Below are positions 46,838 to 56,463 of a stretch of DNA of 64,000 nt, piece after piece. Under the pieces are notes generated by a model. That model saw nothing but the letters and a program-made list of their open reading frames with translations, did not search any database and had not been told where the DNA came from. Within the stretch, counting starts at the first letter, position 1. Every line of letters starts with the position of its first letter. Location: contig ONHE01000056.1 in the NCBI GenBank assembly GCA_900317545.1, positions 4,101 through 68,100 on the forward strand, read 5' to 3'. Position numbers and translations under genes: made by a program. Origin of the DNA: an uncultured Prevotella sp. Lineage in GTDB: Bacteria > Bacteroidota > Bacteroidia > Bacteroidales > Bacteroidaceae.

Positions 46838-48376
46838 ATGAGACACATCATTGCTACCGCAGGTTTATGGCTGACCTGCATGACGACCACCGCCCAGATA
46901 AAGATGCCGCCTGTCTTCAAATCGGCGTTGGTGAGCGTAACCGACAGCGGCACGCTCACTTACACCCCGGATCGGCGGGGGAACACGATGCCCGATTTCA
47001 GCAGAGTGGGCTATCATCATAACGACAAGCCGTTGCCCGTACATCCGGTGCGCATGGAGATTGGCCCCGTTGAAGGCGACAATACTGCCCACATTCAACA
47101 GGCCATTGATGCGTTGGAAGCTCTTCCGTCTGATGAGGCAGGCCACCGTGGCGTACTGCTGCTTAGGCGGGGCGTGTACCCTGTGGAACGAACGTTGATG
47201 GTGAAGTCCTCGGGAATAGTGCTCAGAGGAGAGGGAGATGCCACGATACTGCTGGCCACATCGCACGAGCGATACCCCGTTGTGAAGGTGAGCGGACAAG
47301 GTCTCCCGCAGGAAATACCTGGCTCCAGGGTGGACGTCACTGATGACTTTGTGCCGGTAGGGACGTTCAGCCTTACAGTGAGCAATGCCTCGCGGTTTAG
47401 GGTCGGAGACCGGGTAATTGTGTTCAGACCGGCCACCCAGGCATGGATTCATGCCATCAAGATGGATCGCATAACAGAGCGCAAAGGTACAAGGCAATGG
47501 AGCTGCGAACAGTTTAACCTGGCCTTTGAGCGAACCGTTGAACGCGTAGAGGGTAACCGCCTTTGGCTCGACAATCCTGTGGTGATGCAGATGGAGAAAA
47601 GATATGGCGGTGGGCAGATTTACAAATATAAGTTCGAAGGCAGAGTGACCGAAGTTGGGGTCGAGGATCTGTGCATTGCGTCGGTATATCGTGATGATGA
47701 TGATGCTGAGCACGCATGGACAGGCGTGATGCTTGACAAGGCCGAAGACTGCTGGGTGAGCAATGTGACGACCCACCACCTGGCCAATTCTGCTGTATGG
47801 TGCGAACGCTATGCCAAGAATGTGACCGTGCAGGATTGTAGGTGCCTGGAGCCCAAGTCGGTGATCACCGGTGGCTATCGATACTCTTTTTATAACAACG
47901 GTCAACAAAATCTGTTCATGCGCTGCCTGACCACCGAGGGAAGGCACGACTTTGTCACCGGCGCTCGTGTGCTGGGTCCTAATGTGTTCTACCAGTGTAA
48001 CGCCAGTCAGACCTACGCTGATATAGGACCGCACCATCGCTGGGCCTGTGGTACACTCTACGACAATGTGGTCACCGATGGGGCTATTAACGTGCAAGAC
48101 CGTGGCAACATGGGCAGCGGACATGGTTGGGCAGGTGTGACACAGGTGCTGTGGAACTGCCACGCCAAAACCGTGGTGGTGCAGAGTCCGTGGACCACAG
48201 GCACCAACTACTGTATAGGCACCAAGGCCGCAAAGGGTAAACCGGCCCTTGATGGCCGACCGGAGGGTGTTTGGGAGGGATGGCAGGAGAGCAATCTGCA
48301 GATCAGATCGCTCTTTCTGGCCCAGCTCATGCAGCGCAGGGGAATGAGGTGGTTTCTGATTAATGGAACGGAATGA
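46838..48376 (+). CDS. Secreted beta-helix protein, paralog of 25358-26932
   Basis: GTLTY..GNTMPDFSRVGY, IQQAID, HHRWACG.LYDN, GSGHGW..VLWN, SLFLAQL. Confidence 0.8.
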   Translation: MRHIIATAGLWLTCMTTTAQIKMPPVFKSALVSVTDSGTLTYTPDRRGNTMPDFSRVGYHHNDKPLPVHPVRMEIGPVEGDNTAHIQQAIDALEALPSDEAGHRGVLLLRRGVYPVERTLMVKSSGIVLRGEGDATILLATSHERYPVVKVSGQGLPQEIPGSRVDVTDDFVPVGTFSLTVSNASRFRVGDRVIVFRPATQAWIHAIKMDRITERKGTRQWSCEQFNLAFERTVERVEGNRLWLDNPVVMQMEKRYGGGQIYKYKFEGRVTEVGVEDLCIASVYRDDDDAEHAWTGVMLDKAEDCWVSNVTTHHLANSAVWCERYAKNVTVQDCRCLEPKSVITGGYRYSFYNNGQQNLFMRCLTTEGRHDFVTGARVLGPNVFYQCNASQTYADIGPHHRWACGTLYDNVVTDGAINVQDRGNMGSGHGWAGVTQVLWNCHAKTVVVQSPWTTGTNYCIGTKAAKGKPALDGRPEGVWEGWQESNLQIRSLFLAQLMQRRGMRWFLINGTE

Positions 48377-50865
48377 TGATAGATAAGAGACTCTATTTGC
48401 TGCTGATATGCATCATGATGACGGCCGTGACATGCCTCGGGCGTCAGCTGGCCGCTCCGCTGTGCGAACTGGGACGCACGACCTATACAGCCGGAGTGTC
48501 ACAGGACATTGTGCTGCGAATCACGGCCGGTGAACGCTTGAGCCTAGCCCAATTGTATGTACTTGTACCCAAGGACATTGTGGTTACCCTCGACAATACG
48601 ACGGTGAACGTAATCGGACGGGGAGAGACCACGCTGCGCGGTCTCGCGCACCAGTCTGTGGGCAGAGTTGGGAGCCAGAGCTCACGCCGGCAAGTGGGCA
48701 CGGCAAGCCTCACCGACAAGGGGCGGAAAGGCACGCTCATTTGCCTGTCTGGACTGGATCTCCGGCCACATAATGGGACCGATGTAGAACTCGTCATTCG
48801 AGGAGCCATGCTGGAGAGTCGTACATATGTCTTCGAGACATGGTATGCCTCACCTGACGGCTACCGCATGAGTCATCGAACCAAGGCGCGGATTAGGGGC
48901 TTGTGGCGGTTGGCTGACCTCAAGCGGTGTATGCCTCAGCGGGCAACGCTGTCCGAGACCCCCGATCTCTCGTTTGCCCTGCTTTGCTGGACACCGCTGC
49001 CCGGTGCGCCCAAGGCCTTGCTGAAGGCATCTACCGACAGAGGTCGCAGCTGGACCACGTGGGCCGATCTCAGCCGCGAGGAGTATAACAACTACATGTA
49101 TGCAGCCCGACTGCAACCCCATCAGCACTATGCCTTCAGAATCGATGTGCTCGAAGGACGATACAAGGGATCTTCGAATATAGTGTGGTACTATTCAGGT
49201 ATGTACAATGTGCTTGACGAAGGACTTAGAGGCAACGGAATCGTCGACGAGGCTCCTGCCCTCGATCGCCTGTTGAAGCGAGTGAGCGCAGAAGGAGGTG
49301 GCTTGGTGAGATTTCCCAAGGGAGAGTATGCCGTCAGCACCGTGCATCTGCAAAGTAATGTGTGGCTCTATCTCGACGAGGGAGCTACGCTCAAGGCCCT
49401 GCCCGGCGGTGACCCGCCCGAGGCCACCTGGTTTGACGACCACGACTATCGTTCGGGGCTGTCGCCTACAGACATGGGACCCTATCGCGACCCAGAGAAC
49501 TATATGACTAAGCAGGATGTAGGTCACACCTTTTTCAAGAACGCTATGTTTGTTGGTGAGCGGATCGAAAACGTGAAGGTGGTAGGCCGAGGTCGCATAT
49601 CTGGCAATGGTAACCTGGTCACCTCTGACAAAGTGATGAACAATGAACCCAGCCGACGGCACGACAAGATGTTCTCGCTCAAACTCTGCCGAAATATCGA
49701 GATTGGCGGGCTGACATCAAGTTCCGACTTGTGGTACGACGAACACCGAGACAAACCATATTATATCACCGATGGTGCCGATTCCACTGACTTGTCAAAC
49801 ATGCTTCACATTGATCAGGCCGGACATTTTGCCGTGCTGGCCACCGGAACCGACAACATCAGCGTCCACGACACCTACTTTGGCCGACACAGCAGTGCCT
49901 ATACCAGAGACATCTACGACTTTATGGGATGCAACGACGTGACGGTGAATAATATCTACGTCACAGTCGCGTCAGATGACATCGTGAAGCTGGGATCAGA
50001 CTGTTCGCTGGGTTTCACGCGCCCAGGCTCTCGCTATAGGGTGCGCAATGTCATAGGTGACACCAACTGTAACCTTTTCCAAATTGGGTCTGAGACTGCA
50101 GATGACATCACAGACGTGGCCGTAGACAATATCTGCGTGCTGGGTGCTAACAAGGCGGGGTTCTCTATCTCGGTCAATGACGGAGGCACCGTAAGCCACG
50201 TGTGGCTCAATAGCGGAAAAACAGGGTCCTTACACCACCGATCAGTCATGCGTCGTACTCGGTCGCCTTTCTTCCTCTCGATTTCTAATCGGGGTCGCGT
50301 GCTTGGGGCTGAAGCACGTTTGTGTAGGTTTGTTGAGGGCGCCAATGTACGTCGAGAGTTGCTCATCACTAATATTCCCATTGGACGTATCGAACACGTA
50401 AATCTGAATGGTGTCGATATCAATGAGGTTTATGGCGGAAGTTCTTTCCGCGCAGCCCGGTGGCGCCCCTACGACGGCAAGCAACACACGGCTCCGGCTA
50501 TTATCGCAGGCTATCAGTTGCCTTCTCCTGAAAATCTCATAGACGGAGGTCCGCTTCACCTGCCTGACGGCTGTCGCAAGCGTTATATCGAGCATGTCAT
50601 CCTCAATGACATAACGCTCATAGCCAAAGGTGGTCAACCGGCTGCCAGGCCCGGTCTGGTCACACCTGAGATAGGCGTTGGCCGCTACAATGTGGGTGAT
50701 CTCAAGGATCTGCCCAGTCATAGCCTATGGCTCAGGCACGTAAACCATCTGCTCCTACAAAACTGCGTGTTCGAGACCGAACTGCCCGATGGGCGTCCTG
50801 ATGTGGTGGCCGATGATGTGTTGCACCTCGAAAAAACGAACCGATCTTCAGCTTCGCTACAATAA
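48373..50865 (+). CDS. Divergent GH28-like beta-helix protein with N-terminal beta-sandwich domains
   Basis: GGG.VRFPKGEY..VHLQSNV.LYLDEGATL; RDIYD..SDDIVK; QIGSET. Confidence 0.75.
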   Translation: MMIDKRLYLLLICIMMTAVTCLGRQLAAPLCELGRTTYTAGVSQDIVLRITAGERLSLAQLYVLVPKDIVVTLDNTTVNVIGRGETTLRGLAHQSVGRVGSQSSRRQVGTASLTDKGRKGTLICLSGLDLRPHNGTDVELVIRGAMLESRTYVFETWYASPDGYRMSHRTKARIRGLWRLADLKRCMPQRATLSETPDLSFALLCWTPLPGAPKALLKASTDRGRSWTTWADLSREEYNNYMYAARLQPHQHYAFRIDVLEGRYKGSSNIVWYYSGMYNVLDEGLRGNGIVDEAPALDRLLKRVSAEGGGLVRFPKGEYAVSTVHLQSNVWLYLDEGATLKALPGGDPPEATWFDDHDYRSGLSPTDMGPYRDPENYMTKQDVGHTFFKNAMFVGERIENVKVVGRGRISGNGNLVTSDKVMNNEPSRRHDKMFSLKLCRNIEIGGLTSSSDLWYDEHRDKPYYITDGADSTDLSNMLHIDQAGHFAVLATGTDNISVHDTYFGRHSSAYTRDIYDFMGCNDVTVNNIYVTVASDDIVKLGSDCSLGFTRPGSRYRVRNVIGDTNCNLFQIGSETADDITDVAVDNICVLGANKAGFSISVNDGGTVSHVWLNSGKTGSLHHRSVMRRTRSPFFLSISNRGRVLGAEARLCRFVEGANVRRELLITNIPIGRIEHVNLNGVDINEVYGGSSFRAARWRPYDGKQHTAPAIIAGYQLPSPENLIDGGPLHLPDGCRKRYIEHVILNDITLIAKGGQPAARPGLVTPEIGVGRYNVGDLKDLPSHSLWLRHVNHLLLQNCVFETELPDGRPDVVADDVLHLEKTNRSSASLQ

Positions 50866-52244
50866 TGAAACACATTTTAAACATCCTTGCCGCCTTGATC
50901 GTGGCTTTAATCTCGACGATGCCCTCCACTGCCGACTGCGCGTATGATGTGCGTCATTACGGCGCACGGGGTGACGGCCGTAAGCTCGACTCACCTGCCA
51001 TTCAGCGCGCAATAGACCGCTGTAGTCATCGTGGAGGAGGGGTGGTGACACTGTCCCCGGGAACCTATCTTTCTGGCACACTGCAACTCAGGAATGGTGT
51101 CACCTTGCATCTTGACAAGGGTGCTACGCTGCTGGGCACAACCGACCTTGATGCCTACAGCAATCCCGATCCTTTTGTAGACGGATTGGGTACCACTGTT
51201 GGTGCTGCCTTGATCGTGGCCGTTGATGCCCATGACGTAGGTATTACGGGACAGGGGGTGATCGACGGTCAAGGATCGGCACTCAAGGAACGGCAGGCCC
51301 GTCTCGACAACAGTCCTGAAGGAAGGCGGTGGGGGCGCCGTCCATTCTTATTGCGCATGGTGAAATGCCGGCAGGTGAGGGTGGAAGGCATCACTCTGCA
51401 ACACTCAGCAGCATGGACATCGCATTATTTCCAGTGTACTGACGTAGTCATCAGTAATGTCACTATCCGCAGCTTGGGACTTCCCCACAACGACGGCATT
51501 GACATCGACGGGTGTCAGCGTGTGAGAGTGAGCGGCTGCGACGTTATCAGTGGTGATGATGCCTTGTGTCTGAAGACCACATCGAGCACTATGGCCTGCA
51601 GCGACATCGAGGTCACAGACATGCGGCTCAAAAGCAATCAGGCGGGCATCAAGTTTGGCACAGAATCAATGGCTCCTTTCGAGCGCATCTCCATTAGCCG
51701 ATGCCATATCTACGACACCCGCAACGGCGGGATCAAACTATTATCAGTCGACGGTGCGGCTCTGCGGCAGGTGCTTATCACTGATATTACCATGCATGAG
51801 GTGCGTACTCCCATGCTATTCAGACTGGGTGCCCGTCTCAGTGTGTTTCGTAAAGCTCAGGATCGCCAGCAAACTGTAGGTTTGTTCGACCAAGTGGTCA
51901 TTCGTAATGTGGAGGCTGTGGCGTCTGACGTGGCACAGCTCACGCCGCCTTCGGCGATACTTGTCACCGGCATTCCCGGACACCGTATCAAGGGGCTTAC
52001 GCTTGAGAATATCCACGTTACCCTGTTGGGTACGGGTACTACCGATGATGCCCGGGTGCAGGTGCCTGAAGCCGTTGACAAATATCCAGAGATAAAGACT
52101 TTCGGGCCAAAGATTCCGGCTTATGGTGTGTGGGCGAGGCATGTGGATGGATTATTGCTGCGCAACGTCACCTTTACACTCAAGCATCCCGATGCCCGTC
52201 CCAAGATTATCTGCGAAGACGGCAGCATCGAAGTGTTCGACTGA
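50865..52244 (+). CDS. GH28 family glycoside hydrolase
   Basis: YDVRHYGARGDG, HNDGIDIDG, SGDDALCLK, GIKFGTES. Confidence 0.9.
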   Translation: MKHILNILAALIVALISTMPSTADCAYDVRHYGARGDGRKLDSPAIQRAIDRCSHRGGGVVTLSPGTYLSGTLQLRNGVTLHLDKGATLLGTTDLDAYSNPDPFVDGLGTTVGAALIVAVDAHDVGITGQGVIDGQGSALKERQARLDNSPEGRRWGRRPFLLRMVKCRQVRVEGITLQHSAAWTSHYFQCTDVVISNVTIRSLGLPHNDGIDIDGCQRVRVSGCDVISGDDALCLKTTSSTMACSDIEVTDMRLKSNQAGIKFGTESMAPFERISISRCHIYDTRNGGIKLLSVDGAALRQVLITDITMHEVRTPMLFRLGARLSVFRKAQDRQQTVGLFDQVVIRNVEAVASDVAQLTPPSAILVTGIPGHRIKGLTLENIHVTLLGTGTTDDARVQVPEAVDKYPEIKTFGPKIPAYGVWARHVDGLLLRNVTFTLKHPDARPKIICEDGSIEVFD

Positions 52245-52318
52245 TGATTCACGTAACTTCAAGTAACAACATCAACACACAGTCATTTATATCATTAACT
52301 CCATAAGAAAGAAAACCT

Positions 52319-54268
52319 ATGAAACGATTATTGATACTATTATGTTCGTTGCTTGCGATCACCGGAGAAACCGTTTGTGCACAGAAACAGTGGAAACTTA
52401 TGTCTAAGGATCGTTGTATAATCTTCACCTTGAGCCAGGAGCAGGTATCGGACACCTTGCAGCTTGTTTATCGGGTTTGTTGCGGAGCGAATATATGTAT
52501 CGAGTCGTCGAGACTGGGTGTGGTGATGGATGGTATTGCCTATGGTCCGGGTGCACGACTAATAGATGTCTCCCCTGTGGTGTCAATTGTCGAGCCCTAT
52601 ACACTGCTTTCTGGTAAACGCCTTCAGACCGTCGACGACTGTAACGAGCAGACTTTTACGTTTCTTACCCCACATAATACGCGATTCCAGCTTCAGGTCA
52701 GAGCCTATACCGATGGGGTTGCCTTTCGCTACTGTTTTCCCGATGGTCATGACGGGCGGCATACCATCTCGTCAGAAGCAACCGAGTTTGCTGTCCCCGT
52801 GGAGGGCAAGGCCTGGATACATCCTTATGATTGGAACAGCCGCCATAAGCCGAGCTACGAACAATATTGCGACACGGCGGTAGCTATACGCTCAGATAAC
52901 GGCCACGCCAAAGGCTGGGCCTTTCCCATGCTTTTTAACACTAACGGCCTGTGGATGATGATCACTGAAGCATGCCTCGATGGCACCTACCCAGCAACGC
53001 ATGTCAACAACAGTGGGCATTCTGGTGCCTACCGCATTGCTTTTCCCGAGGCAGAGGAAGCAGTTATTGCCGATGCACCGCAACCAGTATCGACATTGCC
53101 ATGGAAAACTCCATGGAGGGTGATCGTGACGGGCAACGATCTTAATACAGTTTTTCAAACGCAGATAGTCACCCATCTCAATCCTCCCTGTAGCCTGGCT
53201 GATGTCTCATGGATTAAACCGGGACGTTCTAGCTGGAGCTGGTGGTCTAAGGGGGGGACAGTGACTCATTATCCCACACAGTTGCGCTATGCCCGACTGA
53301 GTCATGACATGCGGTGGGAGTATATGCTCATTGATGCTGGATGGCAAGACATGGGGCAGGGAGGCACCATGCCTGACGTAGTACGCTACGCACGTAAACT
53401 GGGGGTAGGCGTATGGCTATGGTATCATTCTGGCGCAGGATGCAGCAATGACACCTTGTTCAGACAGCGAATCATGAGCGACAGTCTGCTTCGCAATCAG
53501 GAGATGCAACGGCTACAGCAATTGGGCATCAAAGGCATTAAGGTTGATTTCTTCGATACTGATAAGCAGCGCATCATTCAACTATATCCGGCCATTCTCA
53601 GAGATGCGGCAAATCATCGGCTCATGGTCGATTTTCACGGTGCCACCCTTCCACGTGGCTTGGAGCGCACCTATCCAAACCTAATGTCCACAGAGGCGGT
53701 GAGGGGTGCCGAATCATTAGGTCGGCAAGAGCGATGCAATGCAGCAGCCTGGCACAACAGTGTACTGCCCTTTACACGAAACGTCGTGGGATCAATGGAC
53801 TATACGCCTGTTACCTTTTCAAACAAGATTCGGCAAGGAGTTGAGGCCCGACGCATGACTACCGTTGCTCATCAACTGGCTCTGGCCGTTGTTTTCGAAT
53901 CGGGATTACAGTGCTTTGCTGACAGGGCCGAAGCCTATGATGACCTTCCTGATCAACCTCAAGACTTCCTGCGTGAGGTGCCAACGGCATGGGATGAGAG
54001 CGTGTTGCTCGATGGTTATCCCGGTCGCTATGCCGTGGTGGCGCGGCGTAAAGGCAGCACATGGTATATTGGCGGTATCAACGGAAGCGATGTCGAACGC
54101 GATATTGATGTGGCTATCCCTAAAGGGTGTCAGGGGCATCGTGTGAGCCTCATCCTTGATGGAGCCGATAAAGACCACTTTAGCTATCGCTCATTGGAAG
54201 TGGCACCATCCACTATACGCATTCATTTGCTGCCCAGCGGTGGCTTTGCTGCGACGATAAGACAATAA
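52319..54268 (+). CDS. GH97 glycoside hydrolase, retaining (alpha-galactosidase-like) subgroup
   Basis: SWIKPG..WSWW, GIKVDFF (Asp nucleophile type), DFHG..RTYPN..EAVRGAE, GSMDYTP. Confidence 0.9.
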   Translation: MKRLLILLCSLLAITGETVCAQKQWKLMSKDRCIIFTLSQEQVSDTLQLVYRVCCGANICIESSRLGVVMDGIAYGPGARLIDVSPVVSIVEPYTLLSGKRLQTVDDCNEQTFTFLTPHNTRFQLQVRAYTDGVAFRYCFPDGHDGRHTISSEATEFAVPVEGKAWIHPYDWNSRHKPSYEQYCDTAVAIRSDNGHAKGWAFPMLFNTNGLWMMITEACLDGTYPATHVNNSGHSGAYRIAFPEAEEAVIADAPQPVSTLPWKTPWRVIVTGNDLNTVFQTQIVTHLNPPCSLADVSWIKPGRSSWSWWSKGGTVTHYPTQLRYARLSHDMRWEYMLIDAGWQDMGQGGTMPDVVRYARKLGVGVWLWYHSGAGCSNDTLFRQRIMSDSLLRNQEMQRLQQLGIKGIKVDFFDTDKQRIIQLYPAILRDAANHRLMVDFHGATLPRGLERTYPNLMSTEAVRGAESLGRQERCNAAAWHNSVLPFTRNVVGSMDYTPVTFSNKIRQGVEARRMTTVAHQLALAVVFESGLQCFADRAEAYDDLPDQPQDFLREVPTAWDESVLLDGYPGRYAVVARRKGSTWYIGGINGSDVERDIDVAIPKGCQGHRVSLILDGADKDHFSYRSLEVAPSTIRIHLLPSGGFAATIRQ

Positions 54269-54288
54269 ATCTTCAACCATAACAACTT

Positions 54289-56463
54289 ATGAACCAAACT
54301 GTTAAAATCCTGCTGCTCTTTGCTCTGCTTCCCATGGGCGGGGGCGTTGCCCATGCCCAGTCGCAGTGGCAGCAGGTAGAGCCCGGTGTATGGAAATGCA
54401 GCCTGGGCATCCCCGAACACTATTCGTTGTTGAGTGCCGCAGGGTGCAAGTCCTTGAGCGAAGGCTTTGACCGGTTGCCCAGCGTGACGTTGCCGGCACT
54501 GGCCTACGGCATCAAGGCATGGCAAACAGACGGTAAGACCATGCTGACCATTCCTCTGAAACAGGGCGAACACCTCTACGGATTTGGGCTCAACTTTCAG
54601 ACTGTACAACAGCGGGGAAAGATTTTCAACCTTCATGTTGACCACTATGGTGGCAAGGACAACGGTCGAACGCACGCTCCCGTGCCGTTCTATGTGTCGA
54701 GTGCGGGTTATGGTATTCTCATCAATTCGGCACGTTACCTTACAGTGTATGCCGGCACCTCGGTGCGCAAGGACAGTCAGCACGCCCCACAGGCCCGCGA
54801 TCGTAATACTGACCGCAGGTGGACCTCTCGGCCTGCCTCAGACGAGGTGGCTGTGGTGGTTCCGGCCAGCGGTGTGGAGGTATATCTCTTTGCCGGTCCC
54901 ACGCCGCTTGATGTAGTGCGGCGCTATAACCTATTGTGCGGCGGCGGAACCCTGCCCCCTCGCTGGGGACTGGGCTTCACACAGCGCACAAAGAGCCTCT
55001 ACTCGGCTCAGCAGGTGCTGGCTGAGGTCGACAGCTTTGCACGACGAGGATATCCACTCGATTTTATCGGGCTGGAGCCGGGATGGCAGAGTAAGTCGTA
55101 CCCATGCACCTTCGAATGGGATACCACACGCTATCCTGATCCCAAGGGTTTTCTCACTGCCATACGCAGTCGGCAGGTAAGAGTCAACCTATGGACGAAT
55201 CCCTACGTCTCGCCAGCATCGGGCATCTATCACGATATCTATCCCTGGAGCGGCTCTCATACGGTGTGGTGCGGACTGGTTCCCGACTTGGTGAGCCCTC
55301 AAGGGCGGGCCATCTGGGGAAATAAGTTTAAGAAGGAGCATCTGGCAATCGGTGTAAGTGGATACAAGATAGACGAGATTGACGGGTACGACCATTATCT
55401 ATGGCCCGACGTGGCTACGTTCCCCTCGGGTACGGCAGCCGAGCAAATGCGCCAGACCTACGGGCTATTGGTGCAGCGCACCACCTACGACCTATTCCAC
55501 GAGCTGGGCAAGCGCACCTACGGACTGGTGCGTGGATCGAATGCTGGTGGAGCAAGCATGCCATATGTGATCTACAATGATTATTATAGTCACCAAGACT
55601 TCATCACTGCACTGATAAACTCTGGCTTCTGTGGGGTGCTGTGGACACCCGAAGTCCGTAGCTCGAAAAATGCAGAAGAATGGATACGCAGATTCCAGAC
55701 AGTAGTATTCTCGCCCATGGCTATGCTCAATGCCTGGTCGAGCGGCACCAAGCCGTGGTCGTTTCCAGAGGTAGCCGAGGCCGTGAAATATTATGCATTG
55801 CTGCGTATGCAGATGATGCCCTACTGGTATACGACTTTTGCACGCTATCATTTTGACGGCTTGCCTCCTTTTAGGTCGCTTAATCTCGATTACGGCGAAC
55901 TCGATGTGGTCGGCATGGCTAAAGAGATGATCGACGGGAATCTCGACACTAACCCCTACCTGGAGAAAGTGAGCAACGAGATCAAGGATCAGTATATGGC
56001 TGGCGACTGTCTCATGGTGGCACCACTCTTTGCAGGGCAGACCAGTCGTAGGGTGGTCTTGCCACCGGGGCGGTGGTACGATTTCTATTCTGGTGAATAT
56101 GTGGGGAACAATCAGATCGTGGTGGCTGCGCCAGGGCGCGATCGTATACCAATATATGTAAAAGATGGTGGCATCGTGCCGATGATGGCCGCACGGTTGC
56201 ACACACCGGCACGAGGAGAACAGGTCGATATAGAGGTGAGGCACTATGGGCAGAGCAGTGGCACATATCAACTCTATGACGATGATGGTGAGACTTTCGA
56301 CTACGAGCAGGGCAGTTACAGCTGGCGTACAATCACTGTGACTGTCGATGCCAAAGGAAGGCCGCATGGCTCTGTCAGCAAACCCGTCAGTGGCAAGCCT
56401 TGTACGGTACGCAAAGTGACATTCAGATACATGACCCTTGGAGCTAAACCACAAAAGTCATGA
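54289..56463 (+). CDS. GH31 glycoside hydrolase, probably a Pedobacter Gal31-type alpha-galactosidase
   Basis: GLEPGW, GYKIDEIDGYD (nucleophile), YVIYNDYY (acid/base), QYMAGD.LMVAP, YDDDGET. Confidence 0.85.
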   Translation: MNQTVKILLLFALLPMGGGVAHAQSQWQQVEPGVWKCSLGIPEHYSLLSAAGCKSLSEGFDRLPSVTLPALAYGIKAWQTDGKTMLTIPLKQGEHLYGFGLNFQTVQQRGKIFNLHVDHYGGKDNGRTHAPVPFYVSSAGYGILINSARYLTVYAGTSVRKDSQHAPQARDRNTDRRWTSRPASDEVAVVVPASGVEVYLFAGPTPLDVVRRYNLLCGGGTLPPRWGLGFTQRTKSLYSAQQVLAEVDSFARRGYPLDFIGLEPGWQSKSYPCTFEWDTTRYPDPKGFLTAIRSRQVRVNLWTNPYVSPASGIYHDIYPWSGSHTVWCGLVPDLVSPQGRAIWGNKFKKEHLAIGVSGYKIDEIDGYDHYLWPDVATFPSGTAAEQMRQTYGLLVQRTTYDLFHELGKRTYGLVRGSNAGGASMPYVIYNDYYSHQDFITALINSGFCGVLWTPEVRSSKNAEEWIRRFQTVVFSPMAMLNAWSSGTKPWSFPEVAEAVKYYALLRMQMMPYWYTTFARYHFDGLPPFRSLNLDYGELDVVGMAKEMIDGNLDTNPYLEKVSNEIKDQYMAGDCLMVAPLFAGQTSRRVVLPPGRWYDFYSGEYVGNNQIVVAAPGRDRIPIYVKDGGIVPMMAARLHTPARGEQVDIEVRHYGQSSGTYQLYDDDGETFDYEQGSYSWRTITVTVDAKGRPHGSVSKPVSGKPCTVRKVTFRYMTLGAKPQKS

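Noticed and set aside
46865-48163. 432-aa minus-strand ORF
   Set aside because: Antisense shadow of the beta-helix gene.
55492-56454. 320-aa minus-strand ORF
   Set aside because: Antisense shadow of the GH31 gene.
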